From: Methanobrevibacter sp.
Lineage (GTDB): Archaea > Methanobacteriota > Methanobacteria > Methanobacteriales > Methanobacteriaceae
Assembly: GCF_045636185.1 (NCBI RefSeq)
Contig: NZ_JAZTXC010000109.1
Coordinates: 3,187-67,186 of the forward strand
Direction: 5' to 3'
Length of the DNA stretch: 64,000 nucleotides
Shown: positions 46,539-55,731 of the stretch, in pieces
Position numbering within the stretch: position 1 is the first letter of the stretch
How the letters are laid out: the number at the start of each line of letters is the position of its first letter
Made by a program: the position numbers and the translations under genes
The notes under the pieces: generated by a model
Seen by the model: the letters and a program-made list of their open reading frames with translations, nothing else
Database searches by the model: none
What the model was told of the DNA's origin: nothing

Positions 46539-48545
46539 ATGAAATCTACTACTAAATCACAAACATCAATTGCGAAATTCGAGGAATTTTTTGCAACATC
46601 ATATAAGGATGATGTGTTTGAAATCCTTGAAACATATCCGGATAACCGATCGCTAACTGTAGATTATAATACATTAGAAGTGTTTGATCCAGACTTGGCG
46701 GATTTGTTAATAGATAAGCCAGAGGAAGTTATTGAGGCTGCTCAAATAGCTGTTAAAAATATCGACCCCTTAGCTAAAGATGCTGATTTAAACATTCGTT
46801 TTAAAAATGTGACAAATATCATTCCTTTAAAAATATTATTAAGTAAATATATTGGAACATTTGTTGCTGCAGAGGGTATTGTAAGAAAAACAGATGAAAT
46901 AAGACCCCGCATTGAAACTGCTGTTTTTGAATGTAGAGGCTGTATGCGCCTGCATGAAGTTGAGCAAACTTCCGACAGAACAATTTTAGAGCCTTCTTTA
47001 TGTGGAGAATGTGGTGGAAGGTCTTTCAGATTACTCCAAGAAGAATCACATTATATTGACACACAAACAGCAAGAATGCAGGAACCTTTAGAGAATTTAT
47101 CCGGAGGAACTGAACCTAAACAGATGTTGATGATTTTAGAAGATGATTTAGTAGATGAATTAAATCCTGGAGATAAAGTAAGAATTACTGGAACATTGAA
47201 AACGTTTAGGGAAGAAAGAAGCGGTAAATTCAAAAATTATATTTATGTAAATCATATTGAGCCTTTAGAGCAGGAATTTGAAGAACTGCATTTATCTGAA
47301 GAAGATGAAGAGGAAATTTTAGAACTATCAAAAGATCCTAACATTTATGAAAAAATTATCAAATCAACTGCCCCTTCAATCAGAGGTTATCGTGATGTGA
47401 AAGAATCCATTGCATTGCAATTATTTGGAGGATCTGCAAAACAACTTGAAGATGAAACCCGTTTAAGAGGAGATATTCATATTCTTATTGTAGGGGACCC
47501 AGGTATCGGTAAATCCCAAATTCTTAAGTATGTTTCTAAATTAGCTCCAAGAAGTATTTATACAAGCGGTAAGGGTACTACTGGTGCTGGTTTAACTGCA
47601 GCCGCAGTTAGAGATGAATTAGGTGGATGGTCACTTGAAGCAGGTGCATTAGTTTTAGGAGACCAAGGTAATGTGTGTGTTGACGAATTGGATAAAATGA
47701 GGTCAGAAGACCGTTCAGCACTTCACGAAGCACTGGAACAACAGACAGTCAGTATTGCAAAGGCAGGAATTATGGCAACATTAAATTCAAGATGTTCCGT
47801 TCTTGCAGCAGCAAACCCGAAATTTGGAAGGTTTGATAGGTTTAAAGTTTTAGCTGACCAAATTGAATTGCCACCCCCAATTTTATCTCGTTTTGATTTG
47901 ATATGGATTGTTGAAGATAAACCAAGTAGAAAAGGTGATTCAGAGCTTGCACAGCACATTCTTAATATTCACCAGTCCAATGCTGTGGATTATGAAATTG
48001 AACCTGATTTGCTTAGAAAATACATTGCTTATGCACGTAAAAATGTTAATCCCGTTTTAAGTGACGAAGCAAATGAAGTATTAAAAAATTTCTATGTGGA
48101 TACAAGAAACAGCAGCGGCAATACTGAAGAGAACACTGTCGTTCCAATTACTGCAAGGCAACTTGAGGCAATCATCCGTTTATCAGAAGCCTGTGCTAAA
48201 GTAAAATTAAAAGAAGTAGTAGAAAAAGAAGATGCGAAAAAAGCAGTAAGGCTTCAAATGGCGTCCCTCAAAGATGCAGGTGTTGATCCTGAAACCGGTG
48301 AAATCGAAGCAGACATTGTTGGTGGAGGAAGGCCAAAATCCGAAAGGGATAAAATGAGTACTCTTGTAGATGAAATCAAATTAATCGAAGAGGAATATAA
48401 TGGACAGGCTCCATTAACTGTTTTAAAATCCAATATGGAAGAAAAACATGGTGTGAGTGAAGATAAAGTTGATAATCTTATAAGAAACTTAACACAAAGA
48501 GGAATATTATACGAACCAAGTCCAGGAAATGTTAAAAGGGTGTAA
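46539..48545 (+). CDS. mcm: MCM replicative helicase
   Basis: C4 zinc finger (CRGC...CGEC), Walker A GDPGIGKS, Walker B VDELDKM, AAANP and SRFD arginine finger. No intein. Confidence 0.98.
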   Translation: MKSTTKSQTSIAKFEEFFATSYKDDVFEILETYPDNRSLTVDYNTLEVFDPDLADLLIDKPEEVIEAAQIAVKNIDPLAKDADLNIRFKNVTNIIPLKILLSKYIGTFVAAEGIVRKTDEIRPRIETAVFECRGCMRLHEVEQTSDRTILEPSLCGECGGRSFRLLQEESHYIDTQTARMQEPLENLSGGTEPKQMLMILEDDLVDELNPGDKVRITGTLKTFREERSGKFKNYIYVNHIEPLEQEFEELHLSEEDEEEILELSKDPNIYEKIIKSTAPSIRGYRDVKESIALQLFGGSAKQLEDETRLRGDIHILIVGDPGIGKSQILKYVSKLAPRSIYTSGKGTTGAGLTAAAVRDELGGWSLEAGALVLGDQGNVCVDELDKMRSEDRSALHEALEQQTVSIAKAGIMATLNSRCSVLAAANPKFGRFDRFKVLADQIELPPPILSRFDLIWIVEDKPSRKGDSELAQHILNIHQSNAVDYEIEPDLLRKYIAYARKNVNPVLSDEANEVLKNFYVDTRNSSGNTEENTVVPITARQLEAIIRLSEACAKVKLKEVVEKEDAKKAVRLQMASLKDAGVDPETGEIEADIVGGGRPKSERDKMSTLVDEIKLIEEEYNGQAPLTVLKSNMEEKHGVSEDKVDNLIRNLTQRGILYEPSPGNVKRV

Positions 48546-48571
48546 TTAATATTCATGACCAAATAACCTGT

Positions 48572-48613
48572 TATCGGAAATTTGAATGAAACTCCAAAAA
48601 CTTTTTTCCGATA
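48572..48613. terminator. 9-bp inverted repeat between convergent mcm and the Rpn-like gene
   Basis: TATCGGAAA (48572-48580) and TTTCCGATA (48605-48613), with a 24-nt spacer. Confidence 0.3.
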
Positions 48614-48669
48614 CCAGCATATGCATATCTTTCAAATACATTCTATTTAGCGATGGCAACTCATGTTTT

Positions 48670-48903
48670 TTAGTTTAATATTTTCTCAACTTGTTTAATA
48701 TCCATTTTTGTTTTTATTGCAATTTCTTTTATAGTCATTCCAGAATCATATAAGTTTTTTATTATTTCTTTTTTACCTTCAATCATACCCTCTTTCATAC
48801 CTTCAATCATGCCTTCTTTCATACCTTCAATCATGCCTTCTTTCTTACCAATTTCTAATCCATCTTGTTTTTTTAGTTCACCATATTCATATATTGCACT
48901 CAT
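48670..48903 (-). CDS. Putative intragenic in-frame 77-aa C-terminal protein (RpnS-like antitoxin)
   Basis: Inside the Rpn gene the minus strand reads TTGGGTGATCAA-ATG: a GGTGA RBS 4 nt before an in-frame ATG that starts MSAIYEYGELKKQDG. Confidence 0.5.
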   Translation of the reverse strand: MSAIYEYGELKKQDGLEIGKKEGMIEGMKEGMIEGMKEGMIEGKKEIIKNLYDSGMTIKEIAIKTKMDIKQVEKILN

Positions 48904-49563
48904 TTGATCACCCAATAAATATAATAATATATTTTTTAGTTCTTTATTTTCAACAAATTTATCTACCAATAGCCATTCAATACCAAAACATAATCTTTTC
49001 GTTGATGACGGTATATCATTTAATTTAATTAATATATCAGCTGTTTTTTTAATGTTTTGTTCAATGTTTCGATTTTTGGTCATGATTGGAGCTAGTGAAA
49101 AATATATACATTCTTTTCGTGTGATATTAATTTCCTGATTATATTTTTCTTCAATTTCATTAATAATTTTTTCTCCATCAAAAATATCATTTCCAATAAC
49201 GTCATAATTGAAAGTATTTGTATCATTTACTTTATATGAAACTTTTTTTGATTTTTCTGCAGTACTTATTACACAGAGATTTACTTGTTTATCATTTTCT
49301 TTTTTGTAATCGGTAATTGACACATAACAGTGCACTCTTTGTGAAAATTTCTCATTAACTTTTGTACTTTGAAATTCTATTATCAGATTTTCATCATCCA
49401 ACTCCAATATTAAATCCGGCCTGAATGTAGTAGGGTCTATTAATCGCAACTCTTTTGTCCAGATTTTTTTGACATTTGATTTTTTATTTGTAATATTTAG
49501 AAGAATTTCCACATCTTCTTCAGCAATATCCTTAAAAATCATGTCCTCTTGAAATTCAGCCAT
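48670..49563 (-). CDS. Rpn/YhgA-like PD-(D/E)XK nuclease-family protein (recombination-promoting nuclease/putative transposase)
   Basis: FRPDLILELDDENLIIEFQS catalytic region, C-terminal (K/I)EG repeat and an IA..T.M...QV helix-turn-helix-like tail. The ATG at 49563 follows a GGTGGTGA RBS (track start is 49569). Confidence 0.8.
   Translation of the reverse strand: MAEFQEDMIFKDIAEEDVEILLNITNKKSNVKKIWTKELRLIDPTTFRPDLILELDDENLIIEFQSTKVNEKFSQRVHCYVSITDYKKENDKQVNLCVISTAEKSKKVSYKVNDTNTFNYDVIGNDIFDGEKIINEIEEKYNQEINITRKECIYFSLAPIMTKNRNIEQNIKKTADILIKLNDIPSSTKRLCFGIEWLLVDKFVENKELKNILLYLLGDQMSAIYEYGELKKQDGLEIGKKEGMIEGMKEGMIEGMKEGMIEGKKEIIKNLYDSGMTIKEIAIKTKMDIKQVEKILN
48775..48846. repeat. Tandem repeat of 3 x 24 bp (6 x 12-bp subunits) in the Rpn-like gene
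   Basis: ACCTTCAATCATGCCTTCTTTCAT occurs three times with minor variants. It encodes (K/M)KEGMIEG repeats. Confidence 0.9.
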
Positions 49564-49867
49564 ATACAATTCACCACCAATAATCGATATGAAAACTTTA
49601 TTTTAAAAGGTTAAATAGATTGATAATTAAATTAAACTAAGTTAATTTATATAAAAAGAATTTATAATAAGAATATTTATTTTTTATAAGAATATTTTAA
49701 TTTAAAATCAATTTTACTTATCAAAAACAATTTTTTAATCTGATGAAAATAGCTAATATGACTACCACGAACAACCTACTGCAAGTTTCTTTGCATGGAT
49801 AACTTAATAAATGATTAAAATAATATTTAATATATTATACTTATACTAATTTTTATGAGGTGATAAT

Positions 49868-50275
49868 ATGGATAATTATGAAGATTTATTAGAAAGAGCA
49901 ATAGACCAATTACCTCCTGAAGTATTTGAACACAAAAGATTTAAAATTCCTAAAGCTTATTCAGATATGCAAGGTAATAGAACATTCATTAAAAATTTTA
50001 AAGAAGTGAGTGAAGGTTTAAATAGAGACCCACAACATTTATTAAAGTTCTTAATGAGAGAGTTAGGTACTGCAGGTAACGTAGACGGTTCTAGAGCTAT
50101 ATTACAAGGTAAATTTACCCATTACTTAATTAATGAAAGAATTGAAGATTATGTAGACAAATATGTCATTTGTCATGAATGTAACAGACCAGATACTAAA
50201 ATTATAAGAGAAGGTAGAATATTCTTATTAAAATGTTCTGCTTGTGGTGCAACAGCCCCACTTAAACAATTATAA
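49868..50275 (+). CDS. eif2b: Translation initiation factor aIF-2 subunit beta
   Basis: [28 protein letters not shown] and a C4 zinc ribbon CHEC...CSACG. GAGGTGA RBS. Confidence 0.96.
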   Translation: MDNYEDLLERAIDQLPPEVFEHKRFKIPKAYSDMQGNRTFIKNFKEVSEGLNRDPQHLLKFLMRELGTAGNVDGSRAILQGKFTHYLINERIEDYVDKYVICHECNRPDTKIIREGRIFLLKCSACGATAPLKQL

Positions 50276-50306
50276 TTTTTTATCTTCTTATTTTTAAAGG
50301 ATTTTT

Positions 50307-51350
50307 ATGTTTTGTATAGAGTGTGGAAGCGAAGATAAACAGATGGTAGGAGAAATCTGCATTGACTGTTTTTTAAAGGATTTTAAGATGATTGAAATTC
50401 CAAAAAACATTGATGTCGAAATATGCAGCCATTGCAATAGCAGATTGGAAGAAGGAAAATGGAGTGAATCTTACCTTCCGGAAGATGAAATAATCTATCG
50501 AGCACTAGAGAGAAATATAAAAATCAATGATTTGGTTGAAAATGAAGAAATCAACCTTGAAATTGACCAGATTAAAGGTACAATAGCTAATTGTTTTGTT
50601 GAAGTTGTCGGTGAAGTTTATGGAGTTTCAATTGATGAAACTCACGATACAGAAGTTAGAATTAAAAAAACTGTTTGCCCGCCATGCAGTAAAATGCAAT
50701 CAGGATATTATGAAACAGTAATTCAATTTAGAGCAGATAATCGTGAAATAACTGCTGAAGAATATGCAAAAGCAGACGAAATAGTAGCAAGAACCCTAGA
50801 TAAACAGGCAAAAGTAGATAAATTAGCATATTGTCCTCAAATCGCAAAACTTAAAGAAGGTTATGATTACTATATCGGATCTTTTAAAACAGGCCGTAAA
50901 GTGGCAGAAGCACTGAAAGACGAATTTGGAGGAGTTATTAAAGAATCTCCAAGACTTATAAGTGAAGATAAATCTACCGGAAAAGGCCTTTATAGAATCT
51001 GGATTTCAGTCAGAATTCCTGAGTTTGAAAGAGATGACATAATAGAATTTGAAAATAAGATAATTCAGGTTACAGATATTGATAAAAACAGAGTTGTTGG
51101 AACAGACATTAAAACAAACAAAAAACAAAATATTCCACTAAAGAATATGGAGGACATTAAACTTGTTAAAAAGGCAGATGAAATAGAAACCACAACCATA
51201 ATATCAATGTCTCCAAAAATAATTCAAATATTAGATCCAAGCGATTATTCTGCTGTTGATTTGGAAATGCAGGATGGATTCAGTGATTATAATATTGGTG
51301 ATGAAATCAAAATTATCAAAATTGAAAATTACATTTACTTAATCAAGTGA
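50307..51350 (+). CDS. nmd3: Ribosomal export/biogenesis protein NMD3
   Basis: FCIECG..CIDC, CSHC, CPPCSK..GYYE.VIQFR zinc motifs and a C-terminal OB fold. Confidence 0.93.
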   Translation: MFCIECGSEDKQMVGEICIDCFLKDFKMIEIPKNIDVEICSHCNSRLEEGKWSESYLPEDEIIYRALERNIKINDLVENEEINLEIDQIKGTIANCFVEVVGEVYGVSIDETHDTEVRIKKTVCPPCSKMQSGYYETVIQFRADNREITAEEYAKADEIVARTLDKQAKVDKLAYCPQIAKLKEGYDYYIGSFKTGRKVAEALKDEFGGVIKESPRLISEDKSTGKGLYRIWISVRIPEFERDDIIEFENKIIQVTDIDKNRVVGTDIKTNKKQNIPLKNMEDIKLVKKADEIETTTIISMSPKIIQILDPSDYSAVDLEMQDGFSDYNIGDEIKIIKIENYIYLIK

Positions 51351-51355
51351 TAAAG

Positions 51356-52318
51356 ATGAATATTGAAGAAAAAATTCAGTTAATTGAAGAAGGAACCTTA
51401 GAAGTTATAGATACTGAAGAGTTAAAAGAAATTCTTGAAAAAGAACAACCTATAGCTTATACCGGTTATGAGCCTTCAGGAAAAATTCATTTAGGACATG
51501 CAGTAACTGTACAAAAACTTAAGACTTTGCAGAAGTTAGGTTTTAAAATTAAAATATTGCTTGCAGATTACCATGCATTTTTAAATGGAAAAGGAACAGT
51601 TGAAGAGATTACTGAAACCGCTGAGTACAATAAAAAATGTTTCCAGGCATTAGGTCTTGATGAAACTACAGAATATATTTTAGGATCCGAATTCCAATTA
51701 GAAAGTGAATATGCAAATAAAATTTATCAATTAGCTACATTAACTACATTAAAAAGAGCAAGACGAAGTATGGATCAGGTAAGTCGTGCAGACGATAATC
51801 CAAAAGTAGCCAGCGTAATTTATCCCCTTATGCAAACCGTTGATATGGCTGCTCTTGAAGTAGATGTTGCATTGGGTGGTATGGAACAGAGAAAAATCCA
51901 AATGTTGGCACGTGAAAACCTTGAAAAAATAGGTGAAAATGTTCCTGTCTGTATTCACACTCCATTATTACATGGACTTGACGGTGATGCTAAAATGTCC
52001 TCAAGTAAAGGCAACTATATCGCAGTAGACGATTCTGTTGAAGAAATCACCAAAAAAATCAATAAAAGTTACTGCCCTCAAGGAGAAATTGAAGGAAATC
52101 CTATGATTGAAATCGCAGAAACTTTTGTCTATCCGAATCAAGATACATTACTTATTAAAAGACCTGAAAAATTCGGTGGAGATATCGAATTAACTAAAGA
52201 AGAATTACTCAAAGACTTTAGTGAAGGCAACTTACATCCAATGGATTTAAAAAATGGAATTAAAGATTTCTTAATTGAATTCTTTGCCCCAGTAAGAGAA
52301 TACATGGAGGAAAATTAA
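51356..52318 (+). CDS. tyrS: Tyrosyl-tRNA synthetase (archaeal type)
   Basis: [32 protein letters not shown] and KMSSSKG motifs. Confidence 0.97.
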   Translation: MNIEEKIQLIEEGTLEVIDTEELKEILEKEQPIAYTGYEPSGKIHLGHAVTVQKLKTLQKLGFKIKILLADYHAFLNGKGTVEEITETAEYNKKCFQALGLDETTEYILGSEFQLESEYANKIYQLATLTTLKRARRSMDQVSRADDNPKVASVIYPLMQTVDMAALEVDVALGGMEQRKIQMLARENLEKIGENVPVCIHTPLLHGLDGDAKMSSSKGNYIAVDDSVEEITKKINKSYCPQGEIEGNPMIEIAETFVYPNQDTLLIKRPEKFGGDIELTKEELLKDFSEGNLHPMDLKNGIKDFLIEFFAPVREYMEEN

Positions 52319-52519
52319 ATGGAAGAAGAAGAATATCAAATGGGTTTACCAAACGGTGTTGGAGAAGCTATGCTTGCACATACAATAGAAAAATTTGATG
52401 TGAAACTCGAACACGGAGAATATGGACCAAGACTTATAGGTTCATATGAAGAGCTTGAAAAAGCAAAACAATTCTTGGCAGACGCTATTGCTGAGAGACT
52501 AAAAGAATTGGAAGGATAA
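52319..52519 (+). CDS. Small acidic hypothetical protein
   Basis: 66-aa ORF coupled to the tyrS stop (TAAATG), with GGAGG upstream. Confidence 0.75.
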   Translation: MEEEEYQMGLPNGVGEAMLAHTIEKFDVKLEHGEYGPRLIGSYEELEKAKQFLADAIAERLKELEG

Positions 52520-52548
52520 TATCCTTCAATTTTACTATTTTTTAAAAA

Positions 52549-53127
52549 TCACAAAATACAATCTTTGCACAGTCCAACATGGGGCGCTACAGCTTTTTTA
52601 ATATCAGATGAAACCTTATTAATGCCGTTGCTCGCATCAATGATTTCATGGTTAAATTCTTTAATGATTTCTAAATAATTGGCTTTAACTCCAGTTAAGA
52701 ATTCCTCATTTTCAAATTCATCTTCACCAGAGGTTCTTGCAACTGATGTCTTAACATCCAAATCCAGAAGCAAAACCAAATCCGGCTTTTTCGCATATTT
52801 ATTGAGTTCACGAATCCACTCAGCAGGTTCTTGATAAGCTAAGCTTGAAATAAATGACCTGTCAGATATGAAAACCTTTTTATCATCAGACAATTTATCC
52901 ATTATGAGCATCCTGTCTGCTGCAAAAAGCAATCCTAATGTTTTTTGAACCTTATCCGTTTCTGCATCCGGTCTCTGCAGGATTTCTCTTATTAATTTAC
53001 CAACTTCTGAATCAGTTGGTTCCACTATCGTTTCAACTTCCAAACCATTATTTTCTAACCATTCTTTCAACATTTGAATTTGAGTGGATTTACCAGCACC
53101 ATCAATTCCTTCAAAAACAATATACAT
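52549..53127 (-). CDS. tmk: Thymidylate kinase
   Basis: IVFEGIDGAGKSTQ P-loop, LLFAADR, SDR...SSLAYQ and PDLVLLLD. The likely start is the ATG at 53127 (track start is 53199). Confidence 0.95.
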   Translation of the reverse strand: MYIVFEGIDGAGKSTQIQMLKEWLENNGLEVETIVEPTDSEVGKLIREILQRPDAETDKVQKTLGLLFAADRMLIMDKLSDDKKVFISDRSFISSLAYQEPAEWIRELNKYAKKPDLVLLLDLDVKTSVARTSGEDEFENEEFLTGVKANYLEIIKEFNHEIIDASNGINKVSSDIKKAVAPHVGLCKDCIL

Positions 53128-53238
53128 AGAATTAATTTTAGTTAAAATATTATTTAAAATATGACAATTAACTTCATTTTTAAATAATACAAAAAACAAA
53201 TCTTTAAGTGCTAAAAATTATTAAGGTGTAAATAAAAA

Positions 53239-55731
53239 ATGGTTTTATCAGAATTATTAGCTCCAGCGGGCTCTTATGAAGTACTGGTGATAGCAGTAAA
53301 TGCTGGTGCCGATGCAGTTTATTTCGCAGGTCAGAATTATGGTGCCAGGGCTTTTGCTAAAAACTTTACAATGGAAGAAATTGAAAAAGCAGTTAAATAT
53401 GCTCATTTAAATAATGTTAAAGTCCATGTTACAGTCAACACATTAATCAACAATTTTGAAATATTAAATGTAATCGATTATCTATTCAAATTATATCAAA
53501 TCGGCGTTGATGCAGTCATCGTGCAGGATTTCGGATTGATACAACTATTAAAGAAATTAATTCCGGATTTAGAAGTTCATGCATCTACTCAAATGGCGTT
53601 AAGTAATTATAGTGCAATGAAATGGGCTTGGGAAAATAACATTAAACGGATTGTTCTTCCAAGGGAAAAAAACATTCAAGAAATTAAAGCAATCCATAAT
53701 CAATTGAAGAAAGAAAATATTGATTTGGAACTTGAAGCCTTTGGTCATGGCGCACTGTGTTACTGCGTATCAGGTAACTGTTATATGTCTTCATACAATA
53801 GCGGAAGAAGCGGAAACCGTGGAGCCTGTGCACAGCCATGCAGAAGAGAATATCGTCTAAAATACAGAGGATACAATGTCGGGAATGGATTTTTGCTGTC
53901 AACACATGACCTTGCAACATACAATAATATTCACGCAATATCCGATACTGGAGTAACTTCCCTTAAATTGGAAGGAAGAATGAAATCTGGAGACTATATT
54001 GGGACCATTGTCAATAGCTACAGAAACATTATTGATGGAAATCCTGGAGATTGGGAAAAAGACCTGCACCTTGTTTTCAACAGGCAATTTACCAACGGAT
54101 ATATAATGAACGATAAGCCCGGTGAAGTGATGGGAAGAGGCAGTTCCGGACATGAAGGATTATATATTGGTGACATTACCAACATTGATGGGACAAAAGT
54201 AACTATTAAAATTAAAAACAGAGAAATTCCTGTAATTTTAGAAAAAGGCGATGGAATTGCATTTAAATATAACGGCAAAATCAAAGGAATTTATCTTGAA
54301 AACATTATAAAGCAGGATGAAAACGAAATCATTATTGATACTACACGTCTTGTTAAAGTTGGAACAGAGGTTTTCATTAGCTATTCTGCAAAGACACATG
54401 AAAGCCTAAAACAATTTAAAAATGAAACAATCAAAAGTAAAATCCCCATTAATGTGACTTTCAATTTCCAAGAGGATTTGACTGCAAACATTAAAGTAGA
54501 ATATTATATGGGCGATGAATTAATTAACTTCAGGCACAAAGGAATTGCAAGATTTGAAGAGGCTAAAAACAGGCCAATTACAAAAGAATCAATAATTGCC
54601 CAACTTGAAAAAACTGGCGGAACACCATTTTACATGGGAAAAATTACATTTAATGATATGCAGGAAAATTTATTTATTCCAATCAGCGGATTGAATAAAA
54701 TTAGAAGAGAAATCCTGGATAAAGCACAGGAATTACTCTTAAATCATTATACCCCAACCAAAAAATCAATAAAAGCAACAAGAAAATTGATTGAAGAGTT
54801 TAAAAGCAATTATGAAAAATATGAAAATAAAACAAATACCAAAGCAAAATTATCCCTTTTTGCTAACGATTTGGATCAGGTTAGGGCAGCCAACGGATTT
54901 GACTTAAAAAGAATTTATTTGGATGTAAACTGTTCATATAACAACAAAAATGATTATTATTCAAACATCAAAGATATTTTAAAGGAAGCCAACCAAATTG
55001 CACCTGAAATTGAAATTGTCTGGGTTTTATCATCATTCATTAACGAGTATGAATTAATTAAAGCTAATGAAATAATTAAAGAATTGGAAAGTGAAGGATA
55101 TATGATATCCGTCATGATTGACTCCCCAGGAATGGAGAAAATATTTGATTGCCCAATTTATGGAAACCATAACTTAAATATATGGAACTCCTATGCTGTT
55201 GAAAGCTTATCAAAATATAATGGATTGATTTTATCCTCAGAACTTTCAGGACGTGAAATTAAAGAGATTACCACAAAAAATTACATTAAAAATACTGATT
55301 TGGAAATGATAGTTCATGGTAATCTGGAAGTCATTGTAAGCCGTGATGATTTTACAAACTTAAATGATGGGCGAGACTTTATTATTTCAAACAATGCAGA
55401 ATATGCAACATTGGAAGATAAAAAAAGAAAGAAATTTAAATATAAAGTATTTTTCGATTACAATAAACAAAGCCATATTTTAAACAAAGATTGTTTATGC
55501 CTGATTGAAGAGATGAACGATATTAAAAGTCTGAACTTAGATAATTTAATCGTTGACTGCAGATATTCAAATGAAAAATACACCAAACAAATTTTATCAA
55601 TCTATAACGATAGTTTAGGGGATATCGACGATGAAAAATTATCTGAATTCAAATATAAAATAATGGATTTCTCACAATCATATATCAATAAAGGAAATTA
55701 CATTGAAGGAAGGTTACATGAAGATACCTGA
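53239..55731 (+). CDS. Peptidase U32-family Fe-S protein (RlhA/TrhP-like) with a DUF3656-like region
   Basis: ELLAPAGS, GADAVY, HASTQ, HGALCYCVSGNC...CAQPCR (Cx6Cx15Cx3C) and LKLEGRMK. Confidence 0.9.
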   Translation: MVLSELLAPAGSYEVLVIAVNAGADAVYFAGQNYGARAFAKNFTMEEIEKAVKYAHLNNVKVHVTVNTLINNFEILNVIDYLFKLYQIGVDAVIVQDFGLIQLLKKLIPDLEVHASTQMALSNYSAMKWAWENNIKRIVLPREKNIQEIKAIHNQLKKENIDLELEAFGHGALCYCVSGNCYMSSYNSGRSGNRGACAQPCRREYRLKYRGYNVGNGFLLSTHDLATYNNIHAISDTGVTSLKLEGRMKSGDYIGTIVNSYRNIIDGNPGDWEKDLHLVFNRQFTNGYIMNDKPGEVMGRGSSGHEGLYIGDITNIDGTKVTIKIKNREIPVILEKGDGIAFKYNGKIKGIYLENIIKQDENEIIIDTTRLVKVGTEVFISYSAKTHESLKQFKNETIKSKIPINVTFNFQEDLTANIKVEYYMGDELINFRHKGIARFEEAKNRPITKESIIAQLEKTGGTPFYMGKITFNDMQENLFIPISGLNKIRREILDKAQELLLNHYTPTKKSIKATRKLIEEFKSNYEKYENKTNTKAKLSLFANDLDQVRAANGFDLKRIYLDVNCSYNNKNDYYSNIKDILKEANQIAPEIEIVWVLSSFINEYELIKANEIIKELESEGYMISVMIDSPGMEKIFDCPIYGNHNLNIWNSYAVESLSKYNGLILSSELSGREIKEITTKNYIKNTDLEMIVHGNLEVIVSRDDFTNLNDGRDFIISNNAEYATLEDKKRKKFKYKVFFDYNKQSHILNKDCLCLIEEMNDIKSLNLDNLIVDCRYSNEKYTKQILSIYNDSLGDIDDEKLSEFKYKIMDFSQSYINKGNYIEGRLHEDT

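Noticed and set aside
46539-48545. Intein in MCM, or a replication origin near mcm
   Set aside because: MCM is normal length with contiguous motifs. No cdc6/orc1 gene or repeated ORB boxes were seen.
49740-49800. Possible C/D-box sRNA in the intergenic region upstream of aIF-2beta (CTGATGA followed by slightly GC-richer sequence and a small TGCAA..TTGCA hairpin)
   Set aside because: No proper CTGA D box at a suitable spacing and no convincing rRNA guide complementarity. It would need a covariance-model search.
55703-55731. Programmed frameshift fusing the two U32 genes
   Set aside because: Each gene is a complete paralogue with its own N-terminal ELLAP motif, and the second has an RBS-like GGAAGG before its ATG. 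A simple coupled overlap explains it.
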